DNA of 64,000 bases from Alphaproteobacteria bacterium (GTDB lineage: Bacteria > Pseudomonadota > Alphaproteobacteria > SP197): NCBI GenBank assembly GCA_964291265.2, contig OZ219747.1, positions 2,848,001 to 2,912,000 of the forward strand, read 5' to 3'. The position numbers were made by a program, and so were the translations under genes. The notes beneath the pieces were generated by a model. It was not told the DNA's origin. It made no database searches and saw nothing but the letters and a program-made list of their open reading frames with translations. This document shows positions 30,385 through 41,597 of this stretch, piece by piece. Position 1 is the stretch's first letter. Every line of letters starts with the position of its first letter.

Positions 30385-31907
30385 TCGTCTCGGTGCACGG
30401 TACCGGAATAGGACGCCTGGATGTCGCCGCCCTCGCGGAAGTAGACCTGCGAGGCATCGCGCAGGGGCTGGAAGTCCCAGGGGGTTCGCTTGCCGGTGTC
30501 GAGGGCAGCGCCCACCAGACGCCGTGCCGCCTGGCTCCGGCGCACCGCGGTGTCGAGCGCCTGGATGTCCCAGGTCCGGTCGACGGCCGCTTCCAGTTCG
30601 GCGCGCGCGTCGGCGTAGTCGGGACGCTCCGCGAGGTTGAGGCGTTCGTCCGGGTCGGCGTCGATGTCGAAGAGAAGCGGTGGATCGGTAGGGCACGCGA
30701 TCAGCTTGCAGGGACCCTTGCGCACCATCACCAGCGGCGCCTGCACGCCCTCGGCGGTGTACTCCGCGCAGACGAGATCCGGCCAGTCATCGCTGACGCC
30801 CGCGGCCAGGGGGGCGAGCGAGGCGCCGTCAATCGGCGCCGCCAGATCGGGGAGCGCGCCGTCGCACGCCACGTCGAGCAGAGTGGGGAGGAGATCGACG
30901 TGGGAGATGTTCGCACCCACCCGGCGCGGAGCAAAGGCGAACGGTGCGTGCACGATGAAGGGAACCCGGACCGCCCATTCGAAGAAGGACATCTTGAAGA
31001 ACAGGCCACGCTCGCCGAGCGAATCACCGTGATCGGACGTGAAGACGATGAACGTGTCATCCGCCATGCCGGTGTCCTTCAGAGTCGCCAGCAGTCTGCC
31101 GACCTTCGCATCGACCAGTCCTGTGACCGCACAGTAGGCGCGGCGCATGCGCCGGACATCCGTCTCGCAGATTTCGGCGAGATGCCGTCCGGTCAGGAAC
31201 CAGTGACGCCGGCTGTGCGGGTCGCGCTCACCGAGCGGGATGTCCGGAACCCGGGGGGGCGCGATGTCGACATGCCTGTACCGCTCCCACCAGTGGGGCG
31301 GAGCGAGGTAGGGGTCGTGAGGAGAGATGAACGAAACCGTGAGCGCGAACGGCCGTTCGTCACCGCTGTCGGCATGCTCGTGCAGCCAGCGGACCGCCTC
31401 GAATTCGACCTCGTCGTCGTAGGCGATGTTGACGCTTCGCCGGTGAGGCCCGGCATCGAGGACCGCGTGCATGCCGTGATACCACTCGAGCCAGCTCTCA
31501 TCGCCCAGACTCCAGTCCGGCGACCACAGGAAGTCGGCAGGGTAGACATCGGTCGTGACGCGCTCTTCATATCCATGAAGCTGGTCGGGGCCGACGAAGT
31601 GCATCTTGCCGGCCAGACAGGTCCGGTAGCCGGCAAGGCGCAGATAGTGGTGGATCGTCGGCGTGGAGGCCGGGAACTCGACGGCATTGTCGTATGCGCC
31701 GATCCTCGAAGGCAGGCGTCCGCTCAGCATCGAAAACCTCGCGGGCGCGCACAGTGGAAAATTGCAGTAGGCGTTCTCGAACACCACACCGTCTCCGGCA
31801 AGGCGATCGAGATGCGGGGTTTCCACACCGGTCCCGCCATAGGCGGAGAGCACCTGCGGCGCAAGCTGGTCGACCATGATGAAGAGTATGTTGGGGCGTT
31901 TCGCCAT
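30357..31907 (-). CDS. betC: Choline-sulfatase (intact)
   Basis: RPNILFIMVDQL, CAPARFS, GKMHFVGPDQLHG, SFISPHDPY, DHGDSLGERG. Confidence 0.9.
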   Translation of the reverse strand: MAKRPNILFIMVDQLAPQVLSAYGGTGVETPHLDRLAGDGVVFENAYCNFPLCAPARFSMLSGRLPSRIGAYDNAVEFPASTPTIHHYLRLAGYRTCLAGKMHFVGPDQLHGYEERVTTDVYPADFLWSPDWSLGDESWLEWYHGMHAVLDAGPHRRSVNIAYDDEVEFEAVRWLHEHADSGDERPFALTVSFISPHDPYLAPPHWWERYRHVDIAPPRVPDIPLGERDPHSRRHWFLTGRHLAEICETDVRRMRRAYCAVTGLVDAKVGRLLATLKDTGMADDTFIVFTSDHGDSLGERGLFFKMSFFEWAVRVPFIVHAPFAFAPRRVGANISHVDLLPTLLDVACDGALPDLAAPIDGASLAPLAAGVSDDWPDLVCAEYTAEGVQAPLVMVRKGPCKLIACPTDPPLLFDIDADPDERLNLAERPDYADARAELEAAVDRTWDIQALDTAVRRSQAARRLVGAALDTGKRTPWDFQPLRDASQVYFREGGDIQASYSGTVHRDDQPGVSGRR

Positions 31908-31982
31908 CGAGCCTTCTTTCAGTGGTGGTGGCCCCGGAACACGGCGCCCCTGGCCGGGACGCCCGCTGCGGCAGAGGGCGCG

Positions 31983-32543
31983 TCAGGGAGCTCCCTGATC
32001 CGCCATTTCCTTCTCACGCGCCTGCCTGGCGTCGGCCTTCTCGATTGCCTCGTTGAGTTCCGCCGCGGTGCACAGACCGGCAAGCACCGGATCCTTCATA
32101 TCGATCATGCTCGAATTGCGATGGGTGCCTTCCCTGATTCTCTCGATGGTCTTCCTTGTGGTGCCGATCAGCCTTTCGATCTGCCGGGGCGACAGCTGGG
32201 GATAGTGCTTGATGAGATAGGCGATGGCATCGGGCTTGTTGCGGCGCTTCGAGATCGGCGTGTAGCGGGTGCGCGAGGTCTTTCGGGAGGTGTCCTCACC
32301 GCGGTCGACGAGCTGCAGGGTGGCGGAGGGGTCGGTCTGGCAGCGATCCAGTTCCTCTTGGGTGAGCTGCCCCGAATGTATGGGGTTCTGGCCGATCAGG
32401 TCCTTTTCGATCTCGCCGTCAGCGATGTTCTGGACTTCCAGTTCGTGCATGCCGCAGAACTCGGCGATCTGGCTGAACGTGAGAATCGAGTTGTCGATCA
32501 GCCACACGGCCGTTGCCCGAGGCATCAGCAATTCTTGCGACAT
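31983..32543 (-). CDS. DUF1013 family protein (TrcR-like)
   Basis: MPRATAVWLIDN, LTFSQIAEFCGMHELEV, RYTPISKR. Confidence 0.9.
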   Translation of the reverse strand: MSQELLMPRATAVWLIDNSILTFSQIAEFCGMHELEVQNIADGEIEKDLIGQNPIHSGQLTQEELDRCQTDPSATLQLVDRGEDTSRKTSRTRYTPISKRRNKPDAIAYLIKHYPQLSPRQIERLIGTTRKTIERIREGTHRNSSMIDMKDPVLAGLCTAAELNEAIEKADARQAREKEMADQGAP

Positions 32544-32759
32544 GGTTCACCTCCGCACCAGCAGTTCGGGAAGACGGCAACGAGACGGCCGACGGTCTCC
32601 GGCAACAGGGCCCTGATGGCATGCGCCACTGTGCCGTCTCGTGGAGACCATAGAACAAGGGCGGCGGACGTGACAAGGCATCGGTCGGGAAGGAGCGGCG
32701 ATTGTCCGCGTCGGTCCGGGCCCCGGGGGTGGACAGCGGCACCGGAAGGCTGCCCGTCG

Positions 32760-33749
32760 TCAATCCATGGTCAGCACCACCTTGCCGACATGATCTTCGT
32801 CGAGAATGTCCTGGGCGCGTGCAGCCTCGGCGAAGGGGAGGACGGCATGAATGACGGGCTTCACGCGGCCGCTCTCGAGGAGCGGCAGGACCTCGCGTTC
32901 GAGCTCAGCGGCGATGGCGCCCTTTTCGTTCACCGATCTGGCGCGCAGCGTCGAACCGGTGATCGTCGCCCGCTTCATCATCATCGGGCCAAAGTCGACA
33001 GTCGCCCTGGATCCGGCGAGGAACGCGATGAAACACAGGCGGCCTTCGGTGGCCAGAAGACGGATGTTCCGGGGAATCGTGTCTCCTCCCGCCATGTCGA
33101 GGATGACGTCGATACCGCGTCCTCCCGTCAGCTCCCTTGCGAGAGTGACAACGTCCTCCTGGCGATAGTTGAACGCCCGTTCAGCGCCGAGCGTTTCGCA
33201 GGCCCGGCATCTCGGATCGCTTCCGGCCGTGGCGAACACCCTGGCGCCCCTCGCTTCGGCCAGCTGGATGGCGGTGGTGCCGATGCCGCTTGCGCCGCCG
33301 TGCACGAGGAATGTCTCGCCACCGGAGAGCCGGCATCTCTGGAAGACGTTGGTCCACACGGTAAAGAATGTCTCCGGCACTCCGGCGGCCTCGGTGTCGT
33401 CGAGGCGGTCGGGAACGGGCAGGGCCTGGGGAACAGGAACCACGCAGTACTCGGCATAGCCGCCTCCCGACACCAGGGCCATGACCCGCTGACCCTGCAC
33501 GAGATCCGCGCTCGACGGCCCGTTGGCGATCACTTCTCCGGCGATCTCGAGGCCCGGAACATCGCTCGCCCCGGGCGGCGGCGGATAGGTGCCGGCGCGT
33601 TGCAGGATGTCCGGCCGGTTGACCCCTGCCGCATGAACCCTGACCAGCACCTCGCCGACGTCGGGCTGCGGGACGGCGCGGCGTACCATGCGCACCACAC
33701 CGGAATCGCCGTGGCCGTCGTACACGACCGCATTCATGGTGTCAGGCAT
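32760..33749 (-). CDS. NAD(P)H-quinone oxidoreductase, PIG3 family
   Basis: AAGVNRPD, YPPPPGAS, VHGGASGIGTTAIQ, GSTLRAR. Confidence 0.92.
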   Translation of the reverse strand: MPDTMNAVVYDGHGDSGVVRMVRRAVPQPDVGEVLVRVHAAGVNRPDILQRAGTYPPPPGASDVPGLEIAGEVIANGPSSADLVQGQRVMALVSGGGYAEYCVVPVPQALPVPDRLDDTEAAGVPETFFTVWTNVFQRCRLSGGETFLVHGGASGIGTTAIQLAEARGARVFATAGSDPRCRACETLGAERAFNYRQEDVVTLARELTGGRGIDVILDMAGGDTIPRNIRLLATEGRLCFIAFLAGSRATVDFGPMMMKRATITGSTLRARSVNEKGAIAAELEREVLPLLESGRVKPVIHAVLPFAEAARAQDILDEDHVGKVVLTMD

Positions 33750-33993
33750 CGTGACTCTCCTGTCTTGCGCTCGCCACGTGCGTCCGGAGACACCGCCGCT
33801 CCGGGAGACGACAGTAGGCGCTTCGGAACCTTGCCTTCATCCCGTCTCTCCGTGCCGGCCGACCTGTGACACGGGCAGATCCTGGACCCGGGAATCCAAC
33901 GTGCCGGCTTCGTCGTGACGAGACGTGTGCACACTCTTTGGCGATGGATGTGCTATGGTCGTTGTCTCGGGCTGGGAGATTGCCGGAAACATC

Positions 33994-34743
33994 ATGGCCG
34001 GACATTCCAAGTGGAAGAACATCATGTACCGCAAGGGCGCGCAGGATGCCAAGCGTGCCCGTCAGTTCACCAAGGTGGGGCGCGAGATTGCTGTCGCTGC
34101 CCGGTCCGGTCTTCCCGATCCCGATCACAATCCGCGTCTGCGCGCGGCCATTCAGGCAGCCCGGGCCGTCAACATGACCAGGGAGGCCATAGACAGGGCC
34201 ATCCGGCGCAGCACCGGTGGCGATGGCGCGGCCGATTACGTCGAAATGCGCTACGAGGGCTATGGTCCGGGCGGTGTGGCGATCATCGTCGAGGCGCTGA
34301 CCGACAATCGCAACAGGACCGCTGCCGAGATTCGCGCCGCCTTTTCGAAGAATGGCGGCAGTCTTGGAGAGACAGGCAGCGTCTCGTTCATGTTCGAGCG
34401 CCAAGGCCAGATCGTCCTGGCGCCACAGGCTGGCGACGAGGACGAGGTCTTCGAGGCGGCGCTCGAGGCGGGGGCCGGGGATGTGATGTCCGATGATGAC
34501 GGCCACACCATCCTGTGCGCGCCGGAGGATTTCGGCGCCGCCAGCGAAGCCCTGGCAGGGCGATTCGGCAATCCCCGGGAAGCCGGTCTCATCTGGCGGG
34601 CCTCGGTCGTGACGGAGGTGTCGGAAGACAAGGCATCAACCCTGCTGCGGCTGATCGGGGATCTCGAGGACAATGACGATGTCCAGTCCGTGGCGGCCAA
34701 TTTCGAGATTGCCGATGACGTGATGGAACGTCTGGTTGCCTGA
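33994..34743 (+). CDS. yebC: YebC/PmpR family protein
   Basis: [26 protein letters not shown]. Confidence 0.96.
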   Translation: MAGHSKWKNIMYRKGAQDAKRARQFTKVGREIAVAARSGLPDPDHNPRLRAAIQAARAVNMTREAIDRAIRRSTGGDGAADYVEMRYEGYGPGGVAIIVEALTDNRNRTAAEIRAAFSKNGGSLGETGSVSFMFERQGQIVLAPQAGDEDEVFEAALEAGAGDVMSDDDGHTILCAPEDFGAASEALAGRFGNPREAGLIWRASVVTEVSEDKASTLLRLIGDLEDNDDVQSVAANFEIADDVMERLVA

Positions 34744-34751
34744 GGTTCGGG

Positions 34752-35252
34752 ATGCGAATTCTGGGACTGGATCCTGGCCTCCTGAACACTGGTTGGGGAG
34801 TGATCTCGATAGAGGGCTCCGAGCTTCACCACGTCACGCACGGTGTCATCTCGCCCCGCTCGTCTCTCACCATGGCCGAGCGGCTGACGGTGATCCATCG
34901 GGGTGTCGGTGATGTGCTGGCGGATCAGGTTCCCGACCAGGTTGCCATCGAGGAAACCTTCGTCAGCGTGAACGCGGACAGCACCCTCAAGCTCGGACTG
35001 GCCCGCGGTGCGGCCCTCGTGGCGGCGGCTGCCACCGGCCTCGATGTCAGCGAGTACGCCACGCGACTGGTGAAGAAGACCGTGGTCGGAACGGGAAAGG
35101 CGGAAAAACATCAGGTTGCCGCCATGATCGGCATCCTGCTCCCGGGCGCGAAGGGTGTGGGCAACGATGCCGCCGACGCGCTGGCAGTCGCCGTCTGTCA
35201 TGCCTATCACGCGCGAACCCTCGAACGCATCACGGCCGGATTGCGCGCATGA
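34752..35252 (+). CDS. ruvC: Holliday junction resolvase RuvC
   Basis: ILGLDPG, AIEETF, LGLARG, DAADALAVA. Confidence 0.96.
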   Translation: MRILGLDPGLLNTGWGVISIEGSELHHVTHGVISPRSSLTMAERLTVIHRGVGDVLADQVPDQVAIEETFVSVNADSTLKLGLARGAALVAAAATGLDVSEYATRLVKKTVVGTGKAEKHQVAAMIGILLPGAKGVGNDAADALAVAVCHAYHARTLERITAGLRA

Positions 35253-35839
35253 TCGGACGTCTGATCGGCCGTCTGGACGTGGTGGACGAGGATCGGGTGA
35301 TCCTCGATGTTCAGGGTGTGGGCTACCGCCTTGCCTGTTCGGCGCGCACCGTCAGTGCGCTGGCGCAGCAGGAGGGAGACGTCCGCCTCCTCGTGGAAAC
35401 GATCATCCGCGACGACCGGATTGTTCTCTACGGGTTTGCCGACGCTGCGGAACAGGCAACCTTCACGATGTTGACCGCCGTCCAGGGAGTAGGCCCTCGT
35501 GGCGCCCTTGCCATCCTCTCGGTGCTGGGTCCGGATGACCTGGTTGAGGCCGTGAGAGCGCACGACCGACGTTCCATCGCCCGCGCCAGCGGTGTCGGTC
35601 AGAAACTGGCTGCGCGAGTCGTCACCGAGCTTGCCGACAGGCTGGAAGGCATGACACTGCCATCCGGAACCGTTGCGGACACGACCGCCGCCGGCCTCGA
35701 GTCGGACGCGATTGCCGCCCTTGTCAATCTGGGATACACGCGGTCGGAGGCTTGGCGTGCGGTGACCTCCGTACGCCAGGCCGCAGACGCAGGTCTTGAC
35801 TCGCTCATCCGGGCGAGTCTGAAGGAACTGGCGCGATGA
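35249..35839 (+). CDS. ruvA: Holliday junction branch migration protein RuvA
   Basis: DVQGVGY, LYGF, VQGVGPR, ALVNLGY. Confidence 0.96.
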   Translation: MIGRLIGRLDVVDEDRVILDVQGVGYRLACSARTVSALAQQEGDVRLLVETIIRDDRIVLYGFADAAEQATFTMLTAVQGVGPRGALAILSVLGPDDLVEAVRAHDRRSIARASGVGQKLAARVVTELADRLEGMTLPSGTVADTTAAGLESDAIAALVNLGYTRSEAWRAVTSVRQAADAGLDSLIRASLKELAR

Positions 35840-36876
35840 CGGACGAAAACGGACGTCTGGTGGAGGCGACCGGGGCGGACGGCGAACAGGCGCCGTCGTT
35901 GCGGCCGCGCCGGTTTGCGGAGTTCATTGGCCAGAAGACCGTTACCGACAGCCTCATGACCGGGATTCGCGCTGCCCGTGGTCGCCGTGACGTGCTCGAT
36001 CACGTGCTGCTGCATGGTCCGCCCGGCCTCGGCAAGACAACCCTGGCACGGATCATTGCCAATGAGCTCGGCGTCAGGTTTCACCAGACGTCGGGCCCTG
36101 TCATCATGCGCGCTGGCGACCTTGCGGCGCAGCTCACCAACCTCGACGAAGGCGACGTGCTGTTCATCGACGAGATCCACCGCCTCAATCCTGCCGTGGA
36201 AGAGGTGTTGTATCCGGCCATGGAAGACTTTCAGCTGGATCTCATCATCGGCGAGGGGCCGGCGGCGCGTTCGGTCCGCATCGACCTGCAGCGCTTTACC
36301 CTGGTCGGAGCGACGACGCGCGCCGGCCTCATCACCAAGCCGCTCTATGACCGGTTCCTGATTCCGCAGCGCCTCGACTTCTACGAGGCCGATGACCTTG
36401 CCGTGATGCTCCTGCGTCTGGCGCGGGTCATGAACATCGCCCTGGCTGCCGAGGGTGCCCGGGAGATGGCAGCCAGGGCGCGCGGAACCCCGAGGGTCGC
36501 CGGGAGACTGCTGCGCCGGGTCCGCGACGAGGCCTTCGAAAGGGTGGATGTCATCGACGCGGCCTTCGCCCGCCAGGCCCTTGAAACACTCGGCGTCGAC
36601 GGCAAGGGCATGGATGCCATGGACAGGAGGTATCTCGCCTGCATCGCCGGCAACTATGGTGGTGGTCCGGTCGGTGTCGAGACCCTCGCAGCGGCGCTGT
36701 CCGAGCACAGGAACGCCATCGAGGACGTCATCGAACCGTTCATGATGCAACAGGGGTTCATCAGGCGTACGCCCAGCGGCCGTGTCCTTGCCGCTGCCGG
36801 GTGGCGTCACCTTGGACTTCCGGTTCCCGCCGACGATGCCCCGGACCTCTTCGCAGACGTACCGGCGCATGACTGA
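35836..36876 (+). CDS. ruvB: Holliday junction helicase RuvB
   Basis: [37 protein letters not shown]. Confidence 0.97.
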   Translation: MTDENGRLVEATGADGEQAPSLRPRRFAEFIGQKTVTDSLMTGIRAARGRRDVLDHVLLHGPPGLGKTTLARIIANELGVRFHQTSGPVIMRAGDLAAQLTNLDEGDVLFIDEIHRLNPAVEEVLYPAMEDFQLDLIIGEGPAARSVRIDLQRFTLVGATTRAGLITKPLYDRFLIPQRLDFYEADDLAVMLLRLARVMNIALAAEGAREMAARARGTPRVAGRLLRRVRDEAFERVDVIDAAFARQALETLGVDGKGMDAMDRRYLACIAGNYGGGPVGVETLAAALSEHRNAIEDVIEPFMMQQGFIRRTPSGRVLAAAGWRHLGLPVPADDAPDLFADVPAHD

Positions 36877-37288
36877 ACCGGCCGGCAGAATCAGGACAAG
36901 GATCTATCACGAGGATACCGATGCCGGCGGCATCGTCTACCATACCGCCTACCTGCGGTTCGCCGAACGGGGCCGCACGGAACTGTTGCGCTCTCTGGGA
37001 CACGACCACCGGAGTCTGCGCCTGCGGGAAGGAGGCGGTTTCGTTGTGCGTTCCATGGCAATCGACTATGCGGCGGCGGCAAGGCTTGATGACGAGGTCG
37101 AGATCGAGACCGAGATCGTCGACGTGAAGGGCGCCAGCCTCGTCATGCGACAGAAGGTCGTGCATGAAGGCCGGTCACTTGTCTCGATGGATGTGCGCCT
37201 CGCCTTTCTCGGCACCGGGGGCAGGGCGATGCGCCTTCCCGCGGCGGTCCGCAAGACACTTCACCGATATCCTGGCGAGGGAAACTGA
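36869..37288 (+). CDS. ybgC: Tol-Pal-associated acyl-CoA thioesterase YbgC
   Basis: [11 protein letters not shown]...FAERGRTE; position upstream of tolQ. Confidence 0.92.
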   Translation: MTEPAGRIRTRIYHEDTDAGGIVYHTAYLRFAERGRTELLRSLGHDHRSLRLREGGGFVVRSMAIDYAAAARLDDEVEIETEIVDVKGASLVMRQKVVHEGRSLVSMDVRLAFLGTGGRAMRLPAAVRKTLHRYPGEGN

Positions 37289-37291
37289 ACT

Positions 37292-38014
37292 GTGGAAGCG
37301 ACTGTACTCGCGGACGTGTCGGCCCATGGCGGCATGTCCGTCTGGAGTCTGTTCTGGCGTGCCGATGCCGTGGTCAAGCTCGTCATGCTGTTGCTGCTGG
37401 CGGCCTCGGTCTGGTGCTGGGCGATCATCTTCGACAAGATCAGGAGGTTGCGCCAGCTTGGCGCGCGGGCGGCAGTGTTCGAGCAGGCCTTCTGGTCGGG
37501 CGGCTCGCTGGACGAACTCTACAGGGAAGTCGACGGTTCTCCGTCGCATCCGATGACCACCGTGTTCAAGGCGGCGATGGACGAGTTGCGGCGTGCCATG
37601 GGCCACCAGGAGATGATCGCCGACAGCCGGCTGCGTGCCGACCTCAAGCAGAGGATCGGCCAGGCGATGCAGATCGGCATCGACCGCGAGATGGATCGCC
37701 TCGAACGCTACATGGGCCTGCTGGCCACCGTGGGCTCCACGGCGCCCTTTGTCGGCCTGTTCGGCACGGTCTGGGGTATCATGAATGCCTTCACGGCCAT
37801 CGCCGTGGAGCACAGTACGTCACTGGTCGTCGTCGCTCCGGGCATTGCCGAGGCGCTTTTTGCCACCGCACTCGGCCTGCTGGCGGCGATTCCCGCCGTG
37901 GTGGCCTACAACAAGCTCTCGGGTGACCTCGATCGCTATGCCAGCCGGCTCGAGAACTTTGCCACGGAATTCCACGCGCTGCTGTCGCGGCAGCTTGACG
38001 AGCACGGCGGCTGA
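37292..38014 (+). CDS. tolQ: TolQ
   Basis: LATVGSTAPFVGLFGTVWGIM, VAPGIAEALFATA. Confidence 0.96.
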   Translation: MEATVLADVSAHGGMSVWSLFWRADAVVKLVMLLLLAASVWCWAIIFDKIRRLRQLGARAAVFEQAFWSGGSLDELYREVDGSPSHPMTTVFKAAMDELRRAMGHQEMIADSRLRADLKQRIGQAMQIGIDREMDRLERYMGLLATVGSTAPFVGLFGTVWGIMNAFTAIAVEHSTSLVVVAPGIAEALFATALGLLAAIPAVVAYNKLSGDLDRYASRLENFATEFHALLSRQLDEHGG

Positions 38015-38463
38015 TGACGGTCCAGTTCACCACGACCGGCGCCAGGCGCAGCGCCCGGGCCGGGCGCCGGCGTCCCCCGATCAGCGAGATCAACGTCACG
38101 CCTCTGGTCGACGTCATGCTCGTTCTGCTCGTGGTGTTCATGATCACCGCACCCTTGCTCACTGCCGGTGTCGAGGTTGATCTGCCGGAGGCGGCCGTCA
38201 GCGATCTGGCCGGCATGGATGAACCGGTCGAAGTCACGATCACCGCCTCGGGCGAGATCTGGCTGGGTGAAACACGCGTGGAACTGGATCAGCTCGGGCC
38301 GCGCCTTGCCGCCATCTCGGACAACAATCCGGACGTGAGAGTCTTCATCAGGGGAGACCGGATGGTCGCCTATGAGGAAGTCATGGCCGTCATGGGTGCG
38401 CTGTCCGAGGCCGGTTTCCGGCGCTTGGCGTTGGAGGCACGACGCCTTGACGGAGATTCCTGA
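38014..38463 (+). CDS. tolR: TolR
   Basis: EINVTPLVDVMLVLLVVFMITAP. Confidence 0.96.
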   Translation: MTVQFTTTGARRSARAGRRRPPISEINVTPLVDVMLVLLVVFMITAPLLTAGVEVDLPEAAVSDLAGMDEPVEVTITASGEIWLGETRVELDQLGPRLAAISDNNPDVRVFIRGDRMVAYEEVMAVMGALSEAGFRRLALEARRLDGDS

Positions 38464-38466
38464 GGC

Positions 38467-39294
38467 GTGTCTCCAACAGGCTGGACCGGATCGATCATCT
38501 TTCACGTGCTCGTCATCACGTTGATGCTGACAGGGCTTCCCGAACTGTGGCGGGCAAGGCCACCCGTTGCCGACACGGTCACCGTGGATGTCATCACGGT
38601 TGCGGAGGAAAGCGTGGCTCCGCCGGAGAGCTTGGAGCCGGAACCCGAGCCCGAGCCGGAACCGGAAGCCGGGCCCGAACCGGAGGCGACTCCCCCGACG
38701 GCGGCACCGGCACTACCCGCCGCACCCGCGGAACCCTTGCCCGTCGAGGATTCCGCGGAGGAGCCGGTCGAGCCGGTCGAGGCGAGCCGTGCCGTTCCGG
38801 TCCCACTTCCCGCCGCCAAGCCCGAGGCCCCGTCCCGTCCCGAGGAGGAAGTGTCCTTTGCCAGTGTCAGGGAGAGCCTGCTGGTCGACCGCAGGGAACC
38901 GGTGCCCGAGGAGCAGACCACGACCTTTGCCGATATCGCATCGGCCCTTGACGGCGCACCCGACGTACCGGTCTCGGACATCGAACTTGCCTCCCTGCGC
39001 CGCAGCATCGCCAACCAGGTGACACGGAGGTGGATCATTCAGAGTGGCGCCATCGATGCCCGGAACCTCATCGTCACCATCGAGGTGGTGCTCGCCACCG
39101 ACGCCAGGGTGCTGCGGGCCCGGATTGTCGATGTCGAAGGCGGAGAGAGCGAACACACGCGCAGGGTAGCGGCCGAATCGGCTCTTCGGGCGGTTCTCTT
39201 CTTTCGCGATCATCCCTTCGAATACCTGGACAGACAACGCTACGACATCTGGAAGGAGCTGGTCGTCCGTTTCGACCCCAGCACCCAGTTCTGA
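38467..39294 (+). CDS. tolA: TolA
   Basis: N-terminal TM SxxxH (SIIFH), Glu-Pro-rich linker, C-terminal AAESALRAV...FDP; position between tolR and tolB. Confidence 0.85.
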   Translation: MSPTGWTGSIIFHVLVITLMLTGLPELWRARPPVADTVTVDVITVAEESVAPPESLEPEPEPEPEPEAGPEPEATPPTAAPALPAAPAEPLPVEDSAEEPVEPVEASRAVPVPLPAAKPEAPSRPEEEVSFASVRESLLVDRREPVPEEQTTTFADIASALDGAPDVPVSDIELASLRRSIANQVTRRWIIQSGAIDARNLIVTIEVVLATDARVLRARIVDVEGGESEHTRRVAAESALRAVLFFRDHPFEYLDRQRYDIWKELVVRFDPSTQF

Positions 39295-39497
39295 CAGCGC
39301 GTTGTCGCGGCCACCCATCAGAACGGCCGTGCGCCGCCGGTTTGCCACATGGAGCGTCGACGATGTGGCTGCCCGACGGACGGTTGGGTGACGGCAGCAT
39401 TCGGCGCTTGATTCGCGCTCTCGGTTGCCGGTATCAACGGAGACACGCCAAGACCGGGTTGCTGGCCGTCTGTTCGGGAGACAGGACGACAAGATCG

Positions 39498-40844
39498 ATG
39501 ATTGCACGAGTCGCCGGGTTTGTTCTGGTCGGGATCGTCTGTGCAGCCCTGTTCACGGACAGGGCCGATGCGCAGCTTGATGTCGGTGTCACCGAAGGGC
39601 GGGCCGACCCGGTTCCCATCGCTGTCACCGACTTCAATGGCGTCGGTGCCCTGGCGGACCTGGGAGCGGACATCGCTTCGGTCGTGAAGGCGGATCTCGA
39701 GTTCTCCGGCCTCTTCCGGACCATTCCGCCAGGAGCCTTTCTCCAGGATCCCGCTTCGCTTGCAGAGGATGCGCAGCCGAGGTTCGACCTGTGGCGCAGG
39801 AGCGGAGCACAGGCACTTGTCACGGGCTGGGTGTCGACCGAGACTGACGGTCGGGTGCGGGTGAGTTTCCGGCTGTTCGATACCCTTTCCGAAGAAGGGC
39901 TGGTGGGTTTTGTCTTCCGTGGCGGGGAGGGAATCTGGCGGCGCATCGCCCACAAGATCTCCGATGCCGTCTACCACCGCCTGACCGGCGAAGGCGGCTA
40001 CTTCGACACGCGCATTGCCTATGTCCACGAGGAAGGCCCGCAGACGGCGCTCACCAAGCGCATTGCCATCATGGACTACGACGGAGAGAACCACAGGTTC
40101 CTGACGTCTGGTGATCAAACGGTGCTGACGCCGCGCTTTTCGCCGACGATCCAGAAGATTGTCTACTTCTCCTATTTCAACGAGACCACACCACGCGTCA
40201 ATCTCCTTGATCTGGCGACCGGCCGCCGCGACGTGCTGGGCGACTTCCCGGGCATGAGCTTCGCACCGCGGTTTTCGCCTGACGGAACCAGCGTGATCAT
40301 GTCGCTTGCCATCAACGGCAACACGGACATCTACGTGATGAATCTCGAAACCCGAACCATCGAACAGTTGACGGACGGCGCCTTCATCGAGACGTCACCG
40401 TCCTACTCGCCCGACGGTTCCCGGATCGCCTTCACGTCGGACCTTACGGGCCAGACTCACATCTACGTCATGAATGCCGACGGCGGTAATCAGCATCGAA
40501 TCAGCTTCGATCTCGACAACCGGGCTTCCTACTCGACGCCTGTATGGTCGCCGCGCGGTGATCTCATTGCCTTCACGAAGCACATCCCGAACAACGACTG
40601 GGCCATCGGCGTGATGACTCCCGAACCGGGTGAAGGCGAAAGACTGCTGGCGTTCGGTGATCTCGTTGAGGGACCGACCTGGTCCCCGAACGGACGCGTC
40701 ATCATGTTTGCCCACGAGACCTATGGTATCGGCGAGGGCACCGAGAGGGTCATCAAAAGCATCGATCTCACCGGTTACGTGGAGCGCACGATCCGTACAC
40801 AGGGCGCTGCCAGCGATCCGGCATGGTCTCCCCTGATTCCGTGA
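39498..40844 (+). CDS. tolB: TolB
   Basis: Signal peptide; WRRIAHKISD, GYFDTRI, multiple PD40 (PxFSPDG) repeats. Confidence 0.95.
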   Translation: MIARVAGFVLVGIVCAALFTDRADAQLDVGVTEGRADPVPIAVTDFNGVGALADLGADIASVVKADLEFSGLFRTIPPGAFLQDPASLAEDAQPRFDLWRRSGAQALVTGWVSTETDGRVRVSFRLFDTLSEEGLVGFVFRGGEGIWRRIAHKISDAVYHRLTGEGGYFDTRIAYVHEEGPQTALTKRIAIMDYDGENHRFLTSGDQTVLTPRFSPTIQKIVYFSYFNETTPRVNLLDLATGRRDVLGDFPGMSFAPRFSPDGTSVIMSLAINGNTDIYVMNLETRTIEQLTDGAFIETSPSYSPDGSRIAFTSDLTGQTHIYVMNADGGNQHRISFDLDNRASYSTPVWSPRGDLIAFTKHIPNNDWAIGVMTPEPGEGERLLAFGDLVEGPTWSPNGRVIMFAHETYGIGEGTERVIKSIDLTGYVERTIRTQGAASDPAWSPLIP

Positions 40845-40983
40845 CTTCCGGTCGTCCGTGGGAGAGCGTGGCACTTGTGAACAGCAATGCCGACGTTGAG
40901 GTTGACAGCTGACGGGGTTTGCGGTCATTAGTGGCTCGGTTCTCGGGGTGTATCGGCGATCTATACGGAAAGGGGAGCTTCCC

Positions 40984-41484
40984 ATGCGTTTCAAACTGAT
41001 TGCGGCCTTGGCGACGGGCCTTCTGGTGGCTGCGTGCGAGTCCACTCCGGAGGTCGCGGAAGAAGACGAGGGCGCAGGTGCTGTCGAAGTGACCGAAGAG
41101 GCGGTGGTCGAGGTCGTTCCCATCGATCCGAGATCCGAGCGCTACATCGAGGAAGTCCTCGGCAAGCGTGTTTTCTTTGCCCTCGACAGTTCGGTGCTCA
41201 ATGCGCGCTCCCAGGCGACCATTCGCCGCTGGGCCGACTGGTTGAATGAGTTCAGCGATGTCAACGTGATTGTTGAAGGCCATTGCGACGAGCGTGGCAC
41301 CCGCGAGTACAACCTGGCGCTCGGCGACAGGCGTGCCAATGCAGTCAAGGACCATCTCGTTGTCCTGGGAATCGATCCCAATCGCATCACGACCATCAGC
41401 TACGGCAAGGAACGCCCCCTCGTGCTCGGCCATACAGAGGCTGCGTGGGGACAGAATCGCCGGGGTGACCTGACCCTCAGCTGA
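40984..41484 (+). CDS. pal: Peptidoglycan-associated lipoprotein Pal
   Basis: Lipobox VAAC; EGHCDERGTREYNLALG, ISYGKERP. Confidence 0.96.
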   Translation: MRFKLIAALATGLLVAACESTPEVAEEDEGAGAVEVTEEAVVEVVPIDPRSERYIEEVLGKRVFFALDSSVLNARSQATIRRWADWLNEFSDVNVIVEGHCDERGTREYNLALGDRRANAVKDHLVVLGIDPNRITTISYGKERPLVLGHTEAAWGQNRRGDLTLS

Positions 41485-41597
41485 TCCCGCTCGGGAGAGC
41501 CGGACGCGAATGTTCGACCTCTTGATTCCGGACAGGAGTTGCGAGGCACCGGAACGTGCTTGTCGGTCGTCATGTTCGCTGGCGTTCCTGGAGAGGG

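Noticed and set aside
30381-33869. 1162-aa ORF on the + strand
   Set aside because: Antisense shadow of betC, DUF1013 and the quinone oxidoreductase; no motifs; typical of high-GC DNA
34752-35252. RuvC as a Cas/TnpB-type nuclease
   Set aside because: Canonical Holliday junction resolvase in yebC-ruvCAB
38630-38690. GAACCC/GAGCCG short repeats
   Set aside because: They encode the ordinary Glu-Pro linker of TolA
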